This document shows, piece by piece, positions 1-13,401 of a stretch of 64,000 bases of DNA (the stretch's first letter is position 1; each line of letters opens with the position of its first letter). A model generated the notes under the pieces. That model had not been told where the DNA came from and ran no database searches. It saw only the letters and a list, made by a program, of their open reading frames with translations. A program made the position numbers and the translations under genes. Where the stretch lies: NCBI RefSeq assembly GCF_964355755.1, contig NC_092678.1, positions 14,968,371 through 15,032,370 on the forward strand. Direction: 5' to 3'. Origin of the DNA: Antedon mediterranea (taxonomy: Eukaryota; Animalia; Echinodermata).

Positions 1-54
1 CCGAAATTATACATGTATGTTATGCGTATTATTATTTTTAATTATAACTGCTAG

Positions 55-211
55 TTCCTCCAGAAATATTTGCCATGGGTAAAGAGGTTATTAAGATATA
101 TAAAGATGAACTAAAAGATGGTAAAATTGCAGTTGTGAATTCAAGATGTATGTTTCTTGGGATGGAAGGTGCTGGTAAGACAAGCTGCGTAAAGTCCATG
201 CTTAGAGAGAG
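55..211 (+). CDS. Roc GTPase N-terminal exon with P-loop (GMEGAGKT)
   Basis: AG at 53-54 and GT at 212; translation PPEIFAMGKEVIKIYKDELKDGKIAVVNSRCMFLGMEGAGKTSCVKSMLRE. Confidence 0.85.
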
Positions 212-3200
212 GTAAAAAAAAATAAAATTGATACAAATATGTGTTAACATAAGCTAGTATTTATTAATCAATTATTTCAACGTACATGTATACGTGTATT
301 ATGTTGACTAATGGTTGCCTCTCTTGAATTTGTAAAATATAAAGCTTTTTAAACTGGATGTAATGGATTAAAAGTATTTAAGGAATTTTGTTCACTTCAA
401 CATAATAGATTCAACCCCAAAGAACCATCGACAGATGTATAGTTACAGCTACCGTGTTTAAAGCAACTGGAGAGACTAAATGGAAGAAGATTAAAGAGGA
501 AAACGGTAAAGACAATGTGATTACTCTAAATGTTTGTGTTGTTTCCTTTATCATCATTATTTATATATCTTTAACATTGATCAACTCTTTGTCAGGAATA
601 GACACCACGTGTTGTGAATGTTTAAAAGACTGACACAACACAGAAATAGGCATACATGTTAACATTATTTGCGTCTTTCTGATAAACTCCAAGCAACATA
701 TGTGTATACGCTCTTTATTTTTTACTAATTGGTTTATTTGTACTGATTCTGAGATAACAAAGAAAATGCGTGAAAATGCGTTAGCAAAAAAACTTAACAA
801 CGAGTTAAAACAGGGTATGTACAGCAAAACTAATGGAAACTTTCCATTTATCAATTATTATAAACAAAACTGTAGATACATTGGATTCGATATTATGGAA
901 TGAAACAATGCCCTAGACGATAGTATAAAAATGGTGAACTTCAAAAGTATTTAGGATCACAGTAAGATTTTAAAAAATCACATGATTAGGCCTAACATCA
1001 TCAAATTTTAAATACAAAAACATGACGTTAAAAAAAATGATAAAAATACAAATGCAAACTACTGAAAATAGTAAAACATCATAGAATAGGATTTTAAAAA
1101 AACTGACATATATATAGTGGGTAAAATAGATTCACACCGATGATGGATAACGCTTCACGAGACATGTATGCAGGTTTACAACCATCCGTAGATATCAGAT
1201 TGAAATCATCTAAAACGAATTATTTTATGTTTATTTTAATAGTTTCAAATTATTGTATCACTATATGATGCACAACATAGTTGACCTTAGTTAGATGAAC
1301 CTAACCTGAACTTTACATATAAACAACTATAAAATACACAACAATATCCAAAGAAAAATATTAGAATTGAATGTCGGTTCTTTTTCTTCGATTTCCCTCT
1401 TGGCGAGTTCATTCGTATGTAAAACAAGTGTTTGCTCAAGAATAGTGTGACTCGAAGACCGCCTCGCGATACCAACAGTTTTTTAGATGATAGTGTGTCA
1501 TTTTGTAACTAACTAAAAACAAAAAAATTTGAGAGATTTGCAATTTCTCTAAAAGACACTGTAGAAAAAACAGTGTAATTTAACTATTTTTATGTGTTCT
1601 GATTTACAATTTATTTAAAAACATAATTTTGAATATGTGATTAAGTATGATTGTTACTATTGTATATGTTTTGACAAATACATTCCTTAAATTATATCAC
1701 ATTTGAAAAAAAAATCGTTACCGTATTAATGATATTGTATCACATATCAAATGAATAGCATAATATGTAGATTTTTGTCTGCATGTATTAATTTTCAATT
1801 AAATTGTTTAGAATGAAAAAAATACACTACGTATTAATTTTACTTAATATATTTTCCGATAGTCTATGCCCAATTTCGTCGCATTACCTTATTTTTACCA
1901 GGCGTTAATCACAAGGATTCATGTGTATTCATCGGCGAAACCTTCTTCATGGATCACTGATCTTAACTAAACAATTAAAACTGCGCAAGTTAAAATCTGC
2001 AGAGTCACCGATGTCCAATGAGCTTAAGCTCATTTCTGATGTCGATGCCGTAGTTTTCAATCTCTTTTGATATTGTTGTCTCAGATATAATATACAATAT
2101 TGTGCCTTTTTTTAATAATTATATTTTCGGCAGACAATCCACAACTTTCCTGTGCAGAATATAATTTATCATTGTACTTCTTATTTCACAACTAATAGTA
2201 CGTCAAAATCGTAGTTATTTCTTCATTGTACTTCGAGATGCACTATGACAGACAATAATTATATAAAGTAAAACATTTACGGCAGCCTAATAACCAAATA
2301 AACTATCAATTATTTAACGAAACAAAACATTTAAATACAAATACATCAAAACAACTTTATGCTTTAAACCATTGACGAGGTTACACGTGACAACTAAAAA
2401 TGACATTATACACTTTAATAGCCTACTGTGACTTGTAATTGGAAGTGTAATTACCTCTATAATGACTACTATTTTAGTTTGTTATCACAATGTTGTTATT
2501 TAAGTATTAGTCAATATATATAAAATCGTTTTGATAAAATGTATAATTTTGATTAGGCTACTCGAATTGGCACTGAATGTGGAATTTCCGAAGAAGCGAT
2601 TAAAGTTGCCATAAGGTATATGAATGACATTGGAAAGATTTTGCATTCCAATAAAGACGAGAAATTAAAGAACACAGTAATAACTAATCTTCACACGATG
2701 ATACAGATGTTGACAACTGTGATTACAGTATTTCCACCACATATTGAAGATGTAAGTAGACAAATCATAATAATTATCATAGTATTAGAATGAGAAAAAA
2801 TATATAAAATATTTTGTTGACAACTGGAGTCTTCAATTGTGAAGTGATTTGTAGTAATTATTGTGTATACTTACTATCTTCTTTATTTGCACAAAGGAAC
2901 AAATAAAGACCCTTTGGAAAAGACTTGAAAAAGAAGGTATCCTTGGGGAGAAGTTACTACGTTATTTATGGCAAACTGAAAACCGAGATCATTTCGAAAT
3001 CTTCATTGAAGTGATGAGAGTGTTTCGGTTGATCTATGAGAAGAAGGGGGTAAGAATTGCTTGCATCAATTGATTAAATCAATAATTAAGCTATTATCAA
3101 TAATGTGTAATCATCTAAATGCAAACATCAATGTTTATAATAACAGTTACAGGAAGGTAACCGTGAATTCTTGGTTCCATGTCGGATGAAAGTTGATAAT

Positions 3201-4609
3201 GATACTAGTCTAGAAGTCACAAAAGATGACAGGCAGATGGTATCAGTTTATCTGACTCCGAAAGACTTCCTGCCTGATGCCGTGTACCACACATTAGTTG
3301 CTGCATTTCTTGAATTGACAGATTGTGATAATTCACAAGTGTTCCGGAATCGTAGTGATTTTAGCTTTGAAGGACACAGAGTTAGTTTAGGTGCCGTAAA
3401 AATTACGCGTGAAAATGAAAAACCACACGCAATAAAGGTATGTAATTAATGTGTATGTTTTTTAAAACTTGCATAATATAATGCTAAACTAATAATATAA
3501 TGAATTAGAGTGTAATATGTCGAATAATGCATTCCATACCTATCATACATCAACTTATACGTCTAATGTAACATTTTTTCATTACATAAAATGTAGACGA
3601 ACGCCACTAAAATCGACTACAATAGAGATAAGAGTTAAAATAATGTATAATTGATTTATTGATTGATTTTTATTATTAGCTCGAAATATTTTGTCTTACA
3701 ATCGGGCATTACAGCACATCTACCAATGCCACCACGACATTATCTGAACCAAAACTGGAACCAAGTATCTGCAGGAAGGTAATAATAATGATGATGGTGA
3801 TGTTGATGGTGATGGACGATGACGATGACATAATGCAACATGTTTAATAAATTTAAATTTACAATGATAGTAATAACCTAATAAACCACTTAATGATTTA
3901 GGTACTAAACTACTTAAGGAATCAACTAAAAACTGTCTGCAATATATACGAGGGCAGTGGTTACAATCTACGTGTGTTGTGCGATGCTTGTAATCCAAAT
4001 GATCATCACTTAATTGATCTTGAAAAGTGTTTGACAAATGATACGGTACAATGTAACAGAATGAAATCTATGGATACTACTCATATTAGACACTGTTTTT
4101 TATCGGGTAGGTCTGTTCTCGTCTGTTTATAATGTCATCATAGACATATATAATATTTCATCAACATTAAACCTTCAACATAACACCTTCATCTAAATAA
4201 TATGTGGTCTACTTTTCATAGAGCCCGTGTCAATGCCTAGTCAAGCGCATGAATCAGTTCCACAGCTAGTGCCAACTCCAGTGCCAGAACCAGTGATAGT
4301 GCCAGACTCAGAGCTTAGTCAAACTATAGAGCCAGTCGTTTCAAATGCAGGTATGTTTTATTTTATGTTGACTATAAAGGTAATATTAAAATAATTGGTA
4401 TAATTTCTTCTCTTATGTGGCTTCATTCCACTTTTTTTTTACTTGTTTGCTTTTAATATTATTTCCATATATTCTATTGTTTATACATACATTATCATTT
4501 AACCACATTTATGTTTAATAATCCATTTACAAATTTAAACATTTTTTTTCCATTTCATTTTAAATTGCACATGCCGTCAGAATGTGCATATTTACATATA
4601 GGTATATAT

Positions 4610-5330
4610 CTCTACCAAGCTACCTTCTTTGTTTTCTACTACTCTTATTCAGTCTCCACCCACCATTCACCACCTTGTCTCTTTTGTTATATTTCTTTTA
4701 TTCCTGTCCACCCCGGCAGAACTTGCCATTTCTTATCCTATGACTTTATCCAAATTCCTTAACTTGCACTGATGAAGGGCTAGTGTTGCTCGAAAGTTCT
4801 GCTAACTTTTCTGGCTGTTTTACTTTATCGTTTTGATTTACTGTTTGCTTCTTTATGTTGATAATGATACCCACATCATTGTCATTTTTTAAAAAAGTTA
4901 TTTGCCTTTGAATTTATATATATATATATGCACATACCCAACAATTTTATTTTGGGAAATGACCATTACCTTCAAATTCATGGCACAGCCATGGGCACAA
5001 AAATGGCGCCATATTTTGCAAATTTATTTATGGGACTATTTGAGGCCAATTTCCTGTCCCTCCAAACTAATAAACCACTTGTTTGGTTTAGATACATTGA
5101 CGACATCTTCATGATCTGGATCCATTAATTCATCAAATTTACAGCTACCAAATCCACTAGTAGCGTTGATTTTTTTGGACACTATAGTGACCATAGAAAA
5201 TGGTATACTCAAAACTGACCAATTCCGCATTTCCTAGACCTCCCAACCTTCGTGATATATTACACTTAGTAGTTAGATCCACATTTAAGAGTGAAATTAA
5301 CTCTCATGACAGCCAAATTTGGGCAGTCAA
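4610..5330 (+). mobile_element. Penelope-like element fragment (pLTR, short TA tract, deleted RT piece)
   Basis: ORF 4928-5128 HYLQIHGTAMGTKMAPYFANLFMG..WFRYIDDIFMIW is PLE-type RT; 4610-4910 matches the tails at 16400-16685 and 42125-42420. Confidence 0.85.
4766..4802 (+). ncRNA. Minimal type I hammerhead ribozyme motif of Penelope pLTR (family 1); variant copies at ~13271-13305, 16542-16577, 42256-42292
   Basis: GCA-CTGATGA-A-GGGC-tagtgtt-GCTC-GAAA-GTTC-TGC; the four-copy consensus is GCA CTGAYGA AGGGC..GCCC GAAAGCTC TGC. Confidence 0.65.
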
Positions 5331-5505
5331 CTCTGAGGTCAGTTGTAGTTGGAAAGCCAGTGGAAAGCTAGGTGGATGTGTCCTCACAAGAAGAATAGTA
5401 GTATTATTATAGCTATGTTCAACTATAGTAGATGGCAATATAGGCTTATATGTTCTGGTACAAAGTGGTTAGCACAATCTTTGATGAGTTTTAAGTTTAT
5501 TACCT

Positions 5506-5566
5506 TTCGTTTCGTTTATTTATTTTTTCCACTCACTTATATATATATATATATAATATATAAAAA

Positions 5567-5602
<36 letters not shown>

Positions 5603-7030
5603 ACACAACATATAATGTGGGTGGATGGAGGTCACAGTAAGTTCACTGAACTTTAAGTCGTGACCCCCGTATGCCTATAAGTATACTAACATTGCTACAT
5701 AGTAGACTAAAATATAAATATATAATAGTGAAAGTACATAAAATCAAAAATAAAATAAAATTAAATTATGGAAGTTAAGATAAACCAGGCAATTATATAA
5801 TATAATGATAAAAGGGATAATGATAACAATTAGTGTACAATATGAAATATAATTAAATGTGGTATTTATGGTATTTTAAAAACAAGTATAACAATACAAT
5901 GTAGCGGAGATTATTGAATACCAGGGTGAAGGATTTAATGCCATGTATCACCACCAAATAAATAAGGAAAAAAGATCGGCGAAAAATTATGTAGCATATT
6001 CTGACACCATTTTGTGTTTGAAATTAGATTTAAAACTAGAAAAGGAAGATTTCTGTTTAAGTTCATTTGAGAGTGAAGTCCAAAGTTTGGGACCAAAATA
6101 TTAAATAGAAGATCGTCGAGCCTTAACATTTAAATTATCAATGATATAATTGTTTACAAAGGATCGGGTTTTATAGGAATGGCGTTCGTCAATCCTTGTA
6201 AATAAAGCACTAAAATGTGAAGGCAGTAAATTGTTAGATAAACGGTACATACATGAGGCAACTTGTAATTTGTTTAAATCATAAATGTTTAAAACGTTAA
6301 ATCTTGTAAAAAGTAATTGTGTATGGGCTCTAAATGATTCTCCCGCGCAAATCCGAAGTGCACGTTTTTTTAGTTTAAAAAGGCGGTCTATTTGAGTATT
6401 CTATTCACTTGTCCTGGGGTATAACGTATTCAATTATCTATAGTAATTGCCCATAATTGGCATAAGAAAGCTAAGGCAAAACTTAAAGTATTATAAAGGG
6501 TTAATAAGGTTTTTTGAGGGAAGATATGTTTTAATTTATTCAATATTCCAACATTTCTGGAAACTAGATTACTGATTTTATTTATATGTAGTTTCCAAGT
6601 CAGAGAGGCTCTATGGTTACTCCTAAAAATTGTGTTTCATTAACTCGTTTGATGATTTTATTATCAATGTATAATTATTTGTTCATTTAAAGAATTTGAA
6701 ATTTTACGTTTAGAATATATGATATAGTTCGTTTTGAATGTATTAAGAGTTACTTTATTGTGCTTGAGCCAATTTGAAACTTTAAGTAACTCATCATTGA
6801 CAATTTTAAACAAGGTATTTAATTTAGGATGAGAGAAAAAAATATTTGTGTCGTCAGCAAATAAGATAAGATTTAGTAATTTAGAGCTGTTTGTTATAAT
6901 CGTTAACCAAAATCAAGAATAAGAGAGGTCCAAGAATCGATCCCTGGGGAACACCACAGGTTAAACGGGAATAGGAAGAGTTAAAATTATTTAAGAAAGT
7001 AAACTGAACACGATTGAAAAGGTAGCTTTA
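5506..7030 (-). mobile_element. 5'-truncated, degenerate copy of the L2/CR1-group LINE at 35330-39890 (RT C-terminus and 3'UTR), in a ROCO intron
   Basis: Reverse complement aligns by eye to ~38405-39890, including the tail agtgagtggaaaaaataaataaacgaaa. Confidence 0.9.
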
Positions 7031-8167
7031 TGGATTTATACTGTATTCATGTTTGTTATGGTGGTTGAGCCATTTGGGTCACGCCTTAATTTGCTATAGC
7101 CTATATAATCATATACTCACCTGTTTATGTTTAAATTGTATTTAGTTATTATCTAGCCTGAATTATGATGCATTATCATTATTTAGTTTGTATAACTTTA
7201 CTATTATTGTTTGCTATTGTCTTATGACTGAGAGATATTTTTTTTTTTTCAGTTAATCGTTTTATGAATGGACATTAAAGATTCGCATTAACAGTGTGCT
7301 TAAAATGAGTGATTTGGCCAGAACAAATATTTTTTCCAAATTTTAAATATAAACAATTATTAATTGATATCTTTAAATGTTCAGTTTCTCCAAACGTTTA
7401 TATCCTGTATACCATATTGTTGTAACCACCTCCCAAATTGTTGTATATTTCTTCTTTTTTTTGTGAATATGTTGAGCTTTGTTATATTCTTATGTGTTTT
7501 TATCTGTTTTTGTCACAATGTTCTCTATCAAGTTTAAATAAATAAATAAATAGACATTAAGTGGATGTTAAGTAACTAATTTTTCCATCAATAACTCACT
7601 ACCCATAAGTATCATCACACGGAATTGTAAGAAAGTTTTTGATACGACACAGTATAAACAGTTTACAACATTGTGTGTGGCACATAAATAAATGCATATA
7701 TTGAAGAAGATCATATATGTACATTATTTTTAAAGTAGCGTCTCATTGTGATTATTTTTAGGAAGTATTGAGAAGAAAGTACATGAAGGTGCTTCATTTG
7801 ATCATCGATCCCATACAAGTAAAGGTAAACTAGTAAATGCCTAGATACACATCATATACTGCTACGGTTTGTTAAGCCGATGAACAAGATAAGATGACAA
7901 CATATGTTTTGATACTGATGACGGTGTTACTCTTAAATTATAATATAAAATAACACAACGAAATATAGTGTTGATTATAAACATAACAAAGTCAGTGGGT
8001 ATGTTATACTGTTATACTAATGTTTATGTTTATTATGTAATCATTGGGGTGTTTATAATTAATATTCTAATAAACTGAAAATAATCGATATAATGTTATC
8101 AATAACAACTCATCTAATCATAGGACTATTGTATAATACAATTTTGTTATGTATTTTTATTGTACAG

Positions 8168-8703
8168 AATCAGCCGAGAAGGAATTTCAGACAATGTTGC
8201 TACAAGTATCCACCTGGTGTGATCATCATGACCTACTTCATAAGCTGAAGGTGTTGTGCAATGACATGATAACAGATTTCAGTGACCTACAGAACGCTGG
8301 AAGCACCATTGAATTATTCAATGTATTAAAGCGCTGTGGCCATCTTACCGTCACCAACTTTAAAGTTCTTATCGACGCAATTAATGTCACTGGTTCAAAT
8401 GGTGTTCTTGAGGTCAACAAACTGCTAAAAGACACGTATGATGAAGACGACCACTATGTCAATTCTTTCTCTCCATATCGACAAAGGTTGATTAAATTCG
8501 GTAAAGCACTTTCTGAAGACAATATAACAACGCTTACTCATCTTAAAGGTTTTTCAAAGAAACAACGTAAGAACCAGTGGACTATGATACTAGATCTCGA
8601 ACGAAGACGTATCATTACAGAAGAAGGATTGCCATCATTTATTAATGATTTAAAGGAGAATGGAATGAGTGTTGCTGCTGAAAAGTTAGAAGATCCGATT
8701 TAG
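8168..8703 (+). CDS. Terminal exon encoding two tandem death-effector-like (DED) domains
   Basis: Lies within ORF 8149-8703. FQTMLLQVS..LHKLKVLCNDMI..LQNAGSTIELFNVLKRCGHLT..NFKVL and FSPYRQRLIKFGKALSEDNI..MILDLERRRIITEEGL follow the caspase-8/cFLIP tandem-DED pattern; acceptor tgtacag at 8161-8167. Confidence 0.75.
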
Positions 8704-9537
8704 CATTAACGACGGGTATTACTGATGTCAATCCACAATTGAATTATTGGTGGTTAATTAAGATTAGAATCATAGACGTTTTTAAATCATTAAAAGTAAC
8801 AATGAACATTAATTTAAACTTCCTCAAGCATACAATTTATTAAAAACATTGCAGTGTATACTATTAATATGTACCGGTAATTAGTAAATCAATACTGAAA
8901 CTCGATATAGAAACCACCCACATTCATGGTGCGGATTATTTTTAAATAAATGACGTAGATTTAATATACTCAAATAAATTGATAAAATAATACACTACAA
9001 TGACGACGCAGAAGGAAATACATCAAAATAATTATGTATTGTATAACGGAATTTGTACCATTTTTAGATGCATAAGCCAATGCTACTATATCGTATGTTA
9101 TTTGTTATTTGTAGTAAATCGGATATATAGCGAATCGAATCAAAATTACGGATATACCCTGTGTACAGTAAAACAAAGGAGGACTTTATTCCAATAACGA
9201 CCTTGGTATAAACCTTAATGTACGTGTTTCCAAAATCGTTAACCATAATATCTTAGAAGTATTACTGTAGTGGACTTCCGTATTGGGACGGTAAACACAA
9301 TGAGACGGCAATTTATACAATGAAATTAAACTGCGTATGAGTATTAAGCCCAGTGTATTATGTCCCGTTTATAATCTGGGAGATTTAACGTTCAGTCTGA
9401 TAACCAGGCGGAGCTTGTACAGTTTAGGACATCATTTGAAAACTTTTCAACAATAAGTACGCGGTAGAGCTTAAGTTGTTTTGTCAGTTGTTGTGTAACT
9501 GTCATATTGTATCATATATTATGTGAATTCAGTTTGA

Positions 9538-10747
9538 CTAGATGGTACGCTCGCTTCGCTCGCGTACCATCTAGGTCGTGCCCGCAGATGGTTCTCGAAT
9601 ACACAGTAATTTCAGCGTTATAAAACTGGCGATTTCAAATGTACAATAATGCAAGACAATATATATATGTCGTTTACAGGAACGATTAAATAGACACTGT
9701 GATTTAAGTACTCAACTAAAATTAGCACACTGGGAATTACTTCCGAAAGAGAAAGTTGTCACAAAATGAGACCAATTGTCAAATTTAAACAAACTTAATT
9801 TGTGTTTTGTATGTAACATTATGGTTGAGAGATGGGGAAGAGGATGGGTGCAAAGAGGAACAATTTTTAAATATATTCTTTATTTTGTAACGAAATATTA
9901 ATTAACATGTTTTACAAATAATATACCACTAAACACAGTAAAACATTGCGAAGTAATACTTTGTTGAAACTATCACCGTCGTAGTTGATTGAAATAGTAC
10001 AGTACATGTAACGATACACTACGACGTATGTTTATATTATAATGTTAAACAATTTGTGAAAACCACCTCTATTCGGGGCAAATTATAAATTCGATTTAAT
10101 CGGTAATAAATATTAAATTACGGCGACTGAAAACGCTAGCTCATTATCCGTTTAAAAAAAATGATATCCAACCTCTGCAGCACAGATTGAAAAAAAAAAT
10201 GGATCGAATTTCTGTTATGAGTATACAGTACTTTCCTTTACGACACCTGAGGGAATAGACACTTGTGGAACGACACAGAGATTGGAATGTTCCATTCATC
10301 GCAAATAAATACATTTGTATAAACGTATATTAAATCTATCAAAATAGTATTTTTTTAAAGAAAATCGGCCTGTCTTCAACATCATGATACTGTACTCGAG
10401 CTGTTCAACCGGTTTTCAGCTATTAAAAACAATTATCGTAGGAGGAGATAGGGAAATGCGAAGCCTCCTCGCATTTTTGTGGCGGGTATTTATCAAGACG
10501 GACATCCATTAGACAGTGTATACCACGATCGGAAAACACCCCTATCTGGGGCAAATCGTTGAACCTAAAATTCGTTTTAATCGTCAATAACTAATTATCT
10601 AACTTAATTTAATTATTAAACAGGGTTACATCAGGCGGTTAAAATCAGTACCGAAAGTACGAACCAACTTTATATACCATCGAGTAAAAATTCTAAAAGT
10701 AAGGCGCGATTTACCGAATTTTGCCCTTACGTAAATTTATATATAGA
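9538..10747 (-). mobile_element. Non-autonomous Helitron-like element
   Basis: On the - strand it begins A|TCTATATA (10747) and ends CTAG|T (9538), with terminal hairpin ctagatggtacgc-tcgcttcgctc-gcgtaccatctag; inserted between A and T with no TSD. Confidence 0.6.
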
Positions 10748-12645
10748 TTCGTATATATCAATTTAAAAAATAGGTGTTTTTAGTTTATTCCTTTTTACCA
10801 AAGACTTAACTAACGGAGAATGTAATCGGTGACGCCCGCCAAGTCCGCGCGGAAAGATCTATGAATGTTACGGTTTATAAGTTGTTAGATACAAATGTTT
10901 TATTCGATTGGTTTTTTCCGTTGAGTATAGTTTTTCTTTTGAGTACTTAATTGACGCAGTATTTTGAGATTGATTTTACGAAAAAATTTCTGTTTCTGTT
11001 GAGAAAAATTCGGTTAAAATTTACCATTTGAATACAAAAGCACTTACCAAATATTAATGTTGACTACAAAAGTTTTTAATCCGAATAAGACAATTGTTGC
11101 TTAAAATCCAATAACCTGTGTGACCTTTTTGCATTCATACATTTCCTTATACTTCACGGCCATTTTGAAAACCAATATAGCCGCCTTTAATTTGTCTTAA
11201 AGTCTTGTATATCTTGGCTTTTGTATCAAAATGCATGCCACAACATACTGATACCAGAAATGGCTTCTTTAACATTATTTTAATTGTTGACATATATTTT
11301 TCAGTGAAATGAGATTTATAGCTGCCATTTCAATTTTCTTTTTTAGACAAGTAATCCAATTGGTGAAACAAACAAAATAAGTATAAAAAAAGTAAACAAT
11401 TGCAATGATAAAGCTGGAAAACAATATCAATTATTTAACAATGGAGTATATTTTCTTTAAATAACATTTAAATTATAACAACCTAAATTGTACGTATTAT
11501 TTAACATTTGTATTCATATTATCACGTCGGTTTTATTATTATTTATTTTGTTTGTATTAATCTTTTATTATTATATTTCTGTCAATTATAATAACTTTTT
11601 TATTTTCATTTCCAATTTTTAATTAATTCGATTTTATCTCAATTTTATTATTCTATTATTTTATTTAAGCCAATATGTTACTTTAAATATAGCGGCCTCA
11701 AGATAATGTGTTGTTACCGAAACCATATCTTAAAACACATAGCATAAATTGAAATGTATTGGTAAATTGAAATATCTATCTATGCGCTCTCTTGGTATAT
11801 TTTTTTGGTCAGAGTTTCAGAACCCGTATGGAGTAAACCATGGCGTACGTCTTGTGCGTGAACTAGGCAGTCGCATTATTAACGCAACGTACTATAATTG
11901 CTCTTTCATCAAAAGCGCATGAATTGTTTTTGGGTAAAATAAAGTAAATAATGGTCGAAAGCAGAGTGTTTTTCTGGAAAAATTGATTTAGAAATCAAGC
12001 GTATTGATTATATTTCAAGAAATAGTTAAAAAAAAAACGAAAAATGGTCATCACAACAGTGTAACATTTAAAAAGCTACCCTGGGGTTAACTTTTAAAAC
12101 GTAAACGATACTTGGACTTCTTTGTTTAATTCTTACGCCGCACGTGTGAACGTACGCTTAGAGACATGTTTATGTATGTGGTGACATTGATACGTAACAT
12201 GAAGATCGTAATTATTTTAGTAACGGGATAAATATGAAATATTATGGCCAATTAGAAAAATAATGATGTTTGAAATAACTAATTGTATTATTTTTAGTGT
12301 ATGTTTTGTGAGATAAGGAATACGTTAAATCGCAATGAATTCCCATATAGATACCATAATATAGGCTAGGTAAGATTAGGTAATTGTACACATTATCTAA
12401 ATTTAATATAAGATTACACATTATGTTTGTTCTTTATGTTGTTATACACATACATTAGTATACATAATAAAATACAAATGAAAGTGTATTGTCAAGACAT
12501 TTAGTTTGAGTATAACGTTGCACAACAATAAATTACATTTATATAATTATATACACTGTCATCGTTTTTTTAAAGTAATTTTTAAACCAATATGATGTAT
12601 AATGGCTTATTTTATTGAGTTCTTAGAATACACCCAGGATGATGA

Positions 12646-12740
12646 TCTGAGTGAAACGCTTTTGTCTGAGTGAAACGCTTTTGTCTGAGTGAAACGATTT
12701 TGTCTGAGTGAAACGCTTTTGTCTGAGTGAAACGCTTTTG
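12646..12740. repeat. Minisatellite, 5 x 19 bp (tctgagtgaaacgcttttg)
   Basis: Five direct head-to-tail copies, one with a substitution. Confidence 0.95.
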
Positions 12741-13267
12741 TTAAACTTCAATCTTTCGTTTGATTGCAATAAAGTTCTATTCGTATTCGTATTAGTATGA
12801 TTTGTTTTATTTTCAATATGGCTGGTGGTTGTAATAATTTTGTATTAACTGCCTACGCGTCACAAGTTTTTTTGAAAGGAGACCTTCAAATGTTATTACT
12901 TCCTGGATTTTTCCTTTTTATTATTTATATTTAAATTGTTATCTTGTTTACTTTGAAAGAGAAAAAAATAAATGTTATTATGAATGAATGAATATAAAGT
13001 TGCCTTATGGAAGATTTTTTTCGGAAACCATTATGAAATATATCATTAAAGCACTGTCTATTTAAAAGATACATAACGGTAACACAGATTGCTATTAGCT
13101 AGTTTGGGAAGTATCAGTAATAAAGCCTATTTAAATCTCTCCGTTCACAAATGAATTAATAACTTGTAGAATTGTGCATAATTACAGGGAGACGCTTATA
13201 TTAATTTATTTGTTTACATTCTTTTTTGTTTTGTTACGTATCTTTTTATTATTATTATATAACTCTG

Positions 13268-13400
13268 ATTCACTGAGAAGGGATAGTGTTGCCCGAAAGC
13301 TCTGCTATCTTTTCTGGCTGTTTTACTTTATCGTTTTGATTTAGCTTTTCGCTTTTTTTTTGTATCTCCATTGAGATCCAGTCACTGATACCCACAGCCT
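13268..13400 (+). mobile_element. Penelope pLTR fragment (family 1) fused to the tRNA-containing repeat
   Basis: Matches 42256-42390 (gcccgaaagctctgct...gagatccag..cactgatacccacagc). Confidence 0.8.
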
Positions 13401-13401
13401 T

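Larger units (their letters stand above)
55..8703 (+). pseudogene. 3' part of a ROCO-family gene (Roc GTPase - COR - Pro-rich linker - tandem DED-like domains), probably disabled; 5' end lies upstream of the window
   Basis: Exons read by eye: 55-211, 409-505, ~746-814, 2557-2751, 2897-3049, 3147-3437, 3680-3778, 3902-4106, 4222-4350, 7762-7824, 8168-8703. Exon 1 gives PPEIFAMG...SRCMFLGMEGAGKTSCVKSML (Roc P-loop). Exons 2557-3437 give COR-like YMNDIGKIL..LKNTVITN..VITV, WKRLEKEGIL, FLVPC. Lesions: 1-nt loss at ~436 (STDGI becomes STDV*), TG instead of AG before 746, and no DxxGQ exon found. Confidence 0.85.

Noticed and set aside
1120-2050. Candidate missing Roc exons at ~1130-1193 and ~1902-2050
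   Set aside because: Phase-compatible frames hit stop codons and no G3/G4 motif is encoded
12646-12740. CRISPR-like short direct repeats
   Set aside because: Units are contiguous with no spacers, there are no cas genes, and the context is eukaryotic
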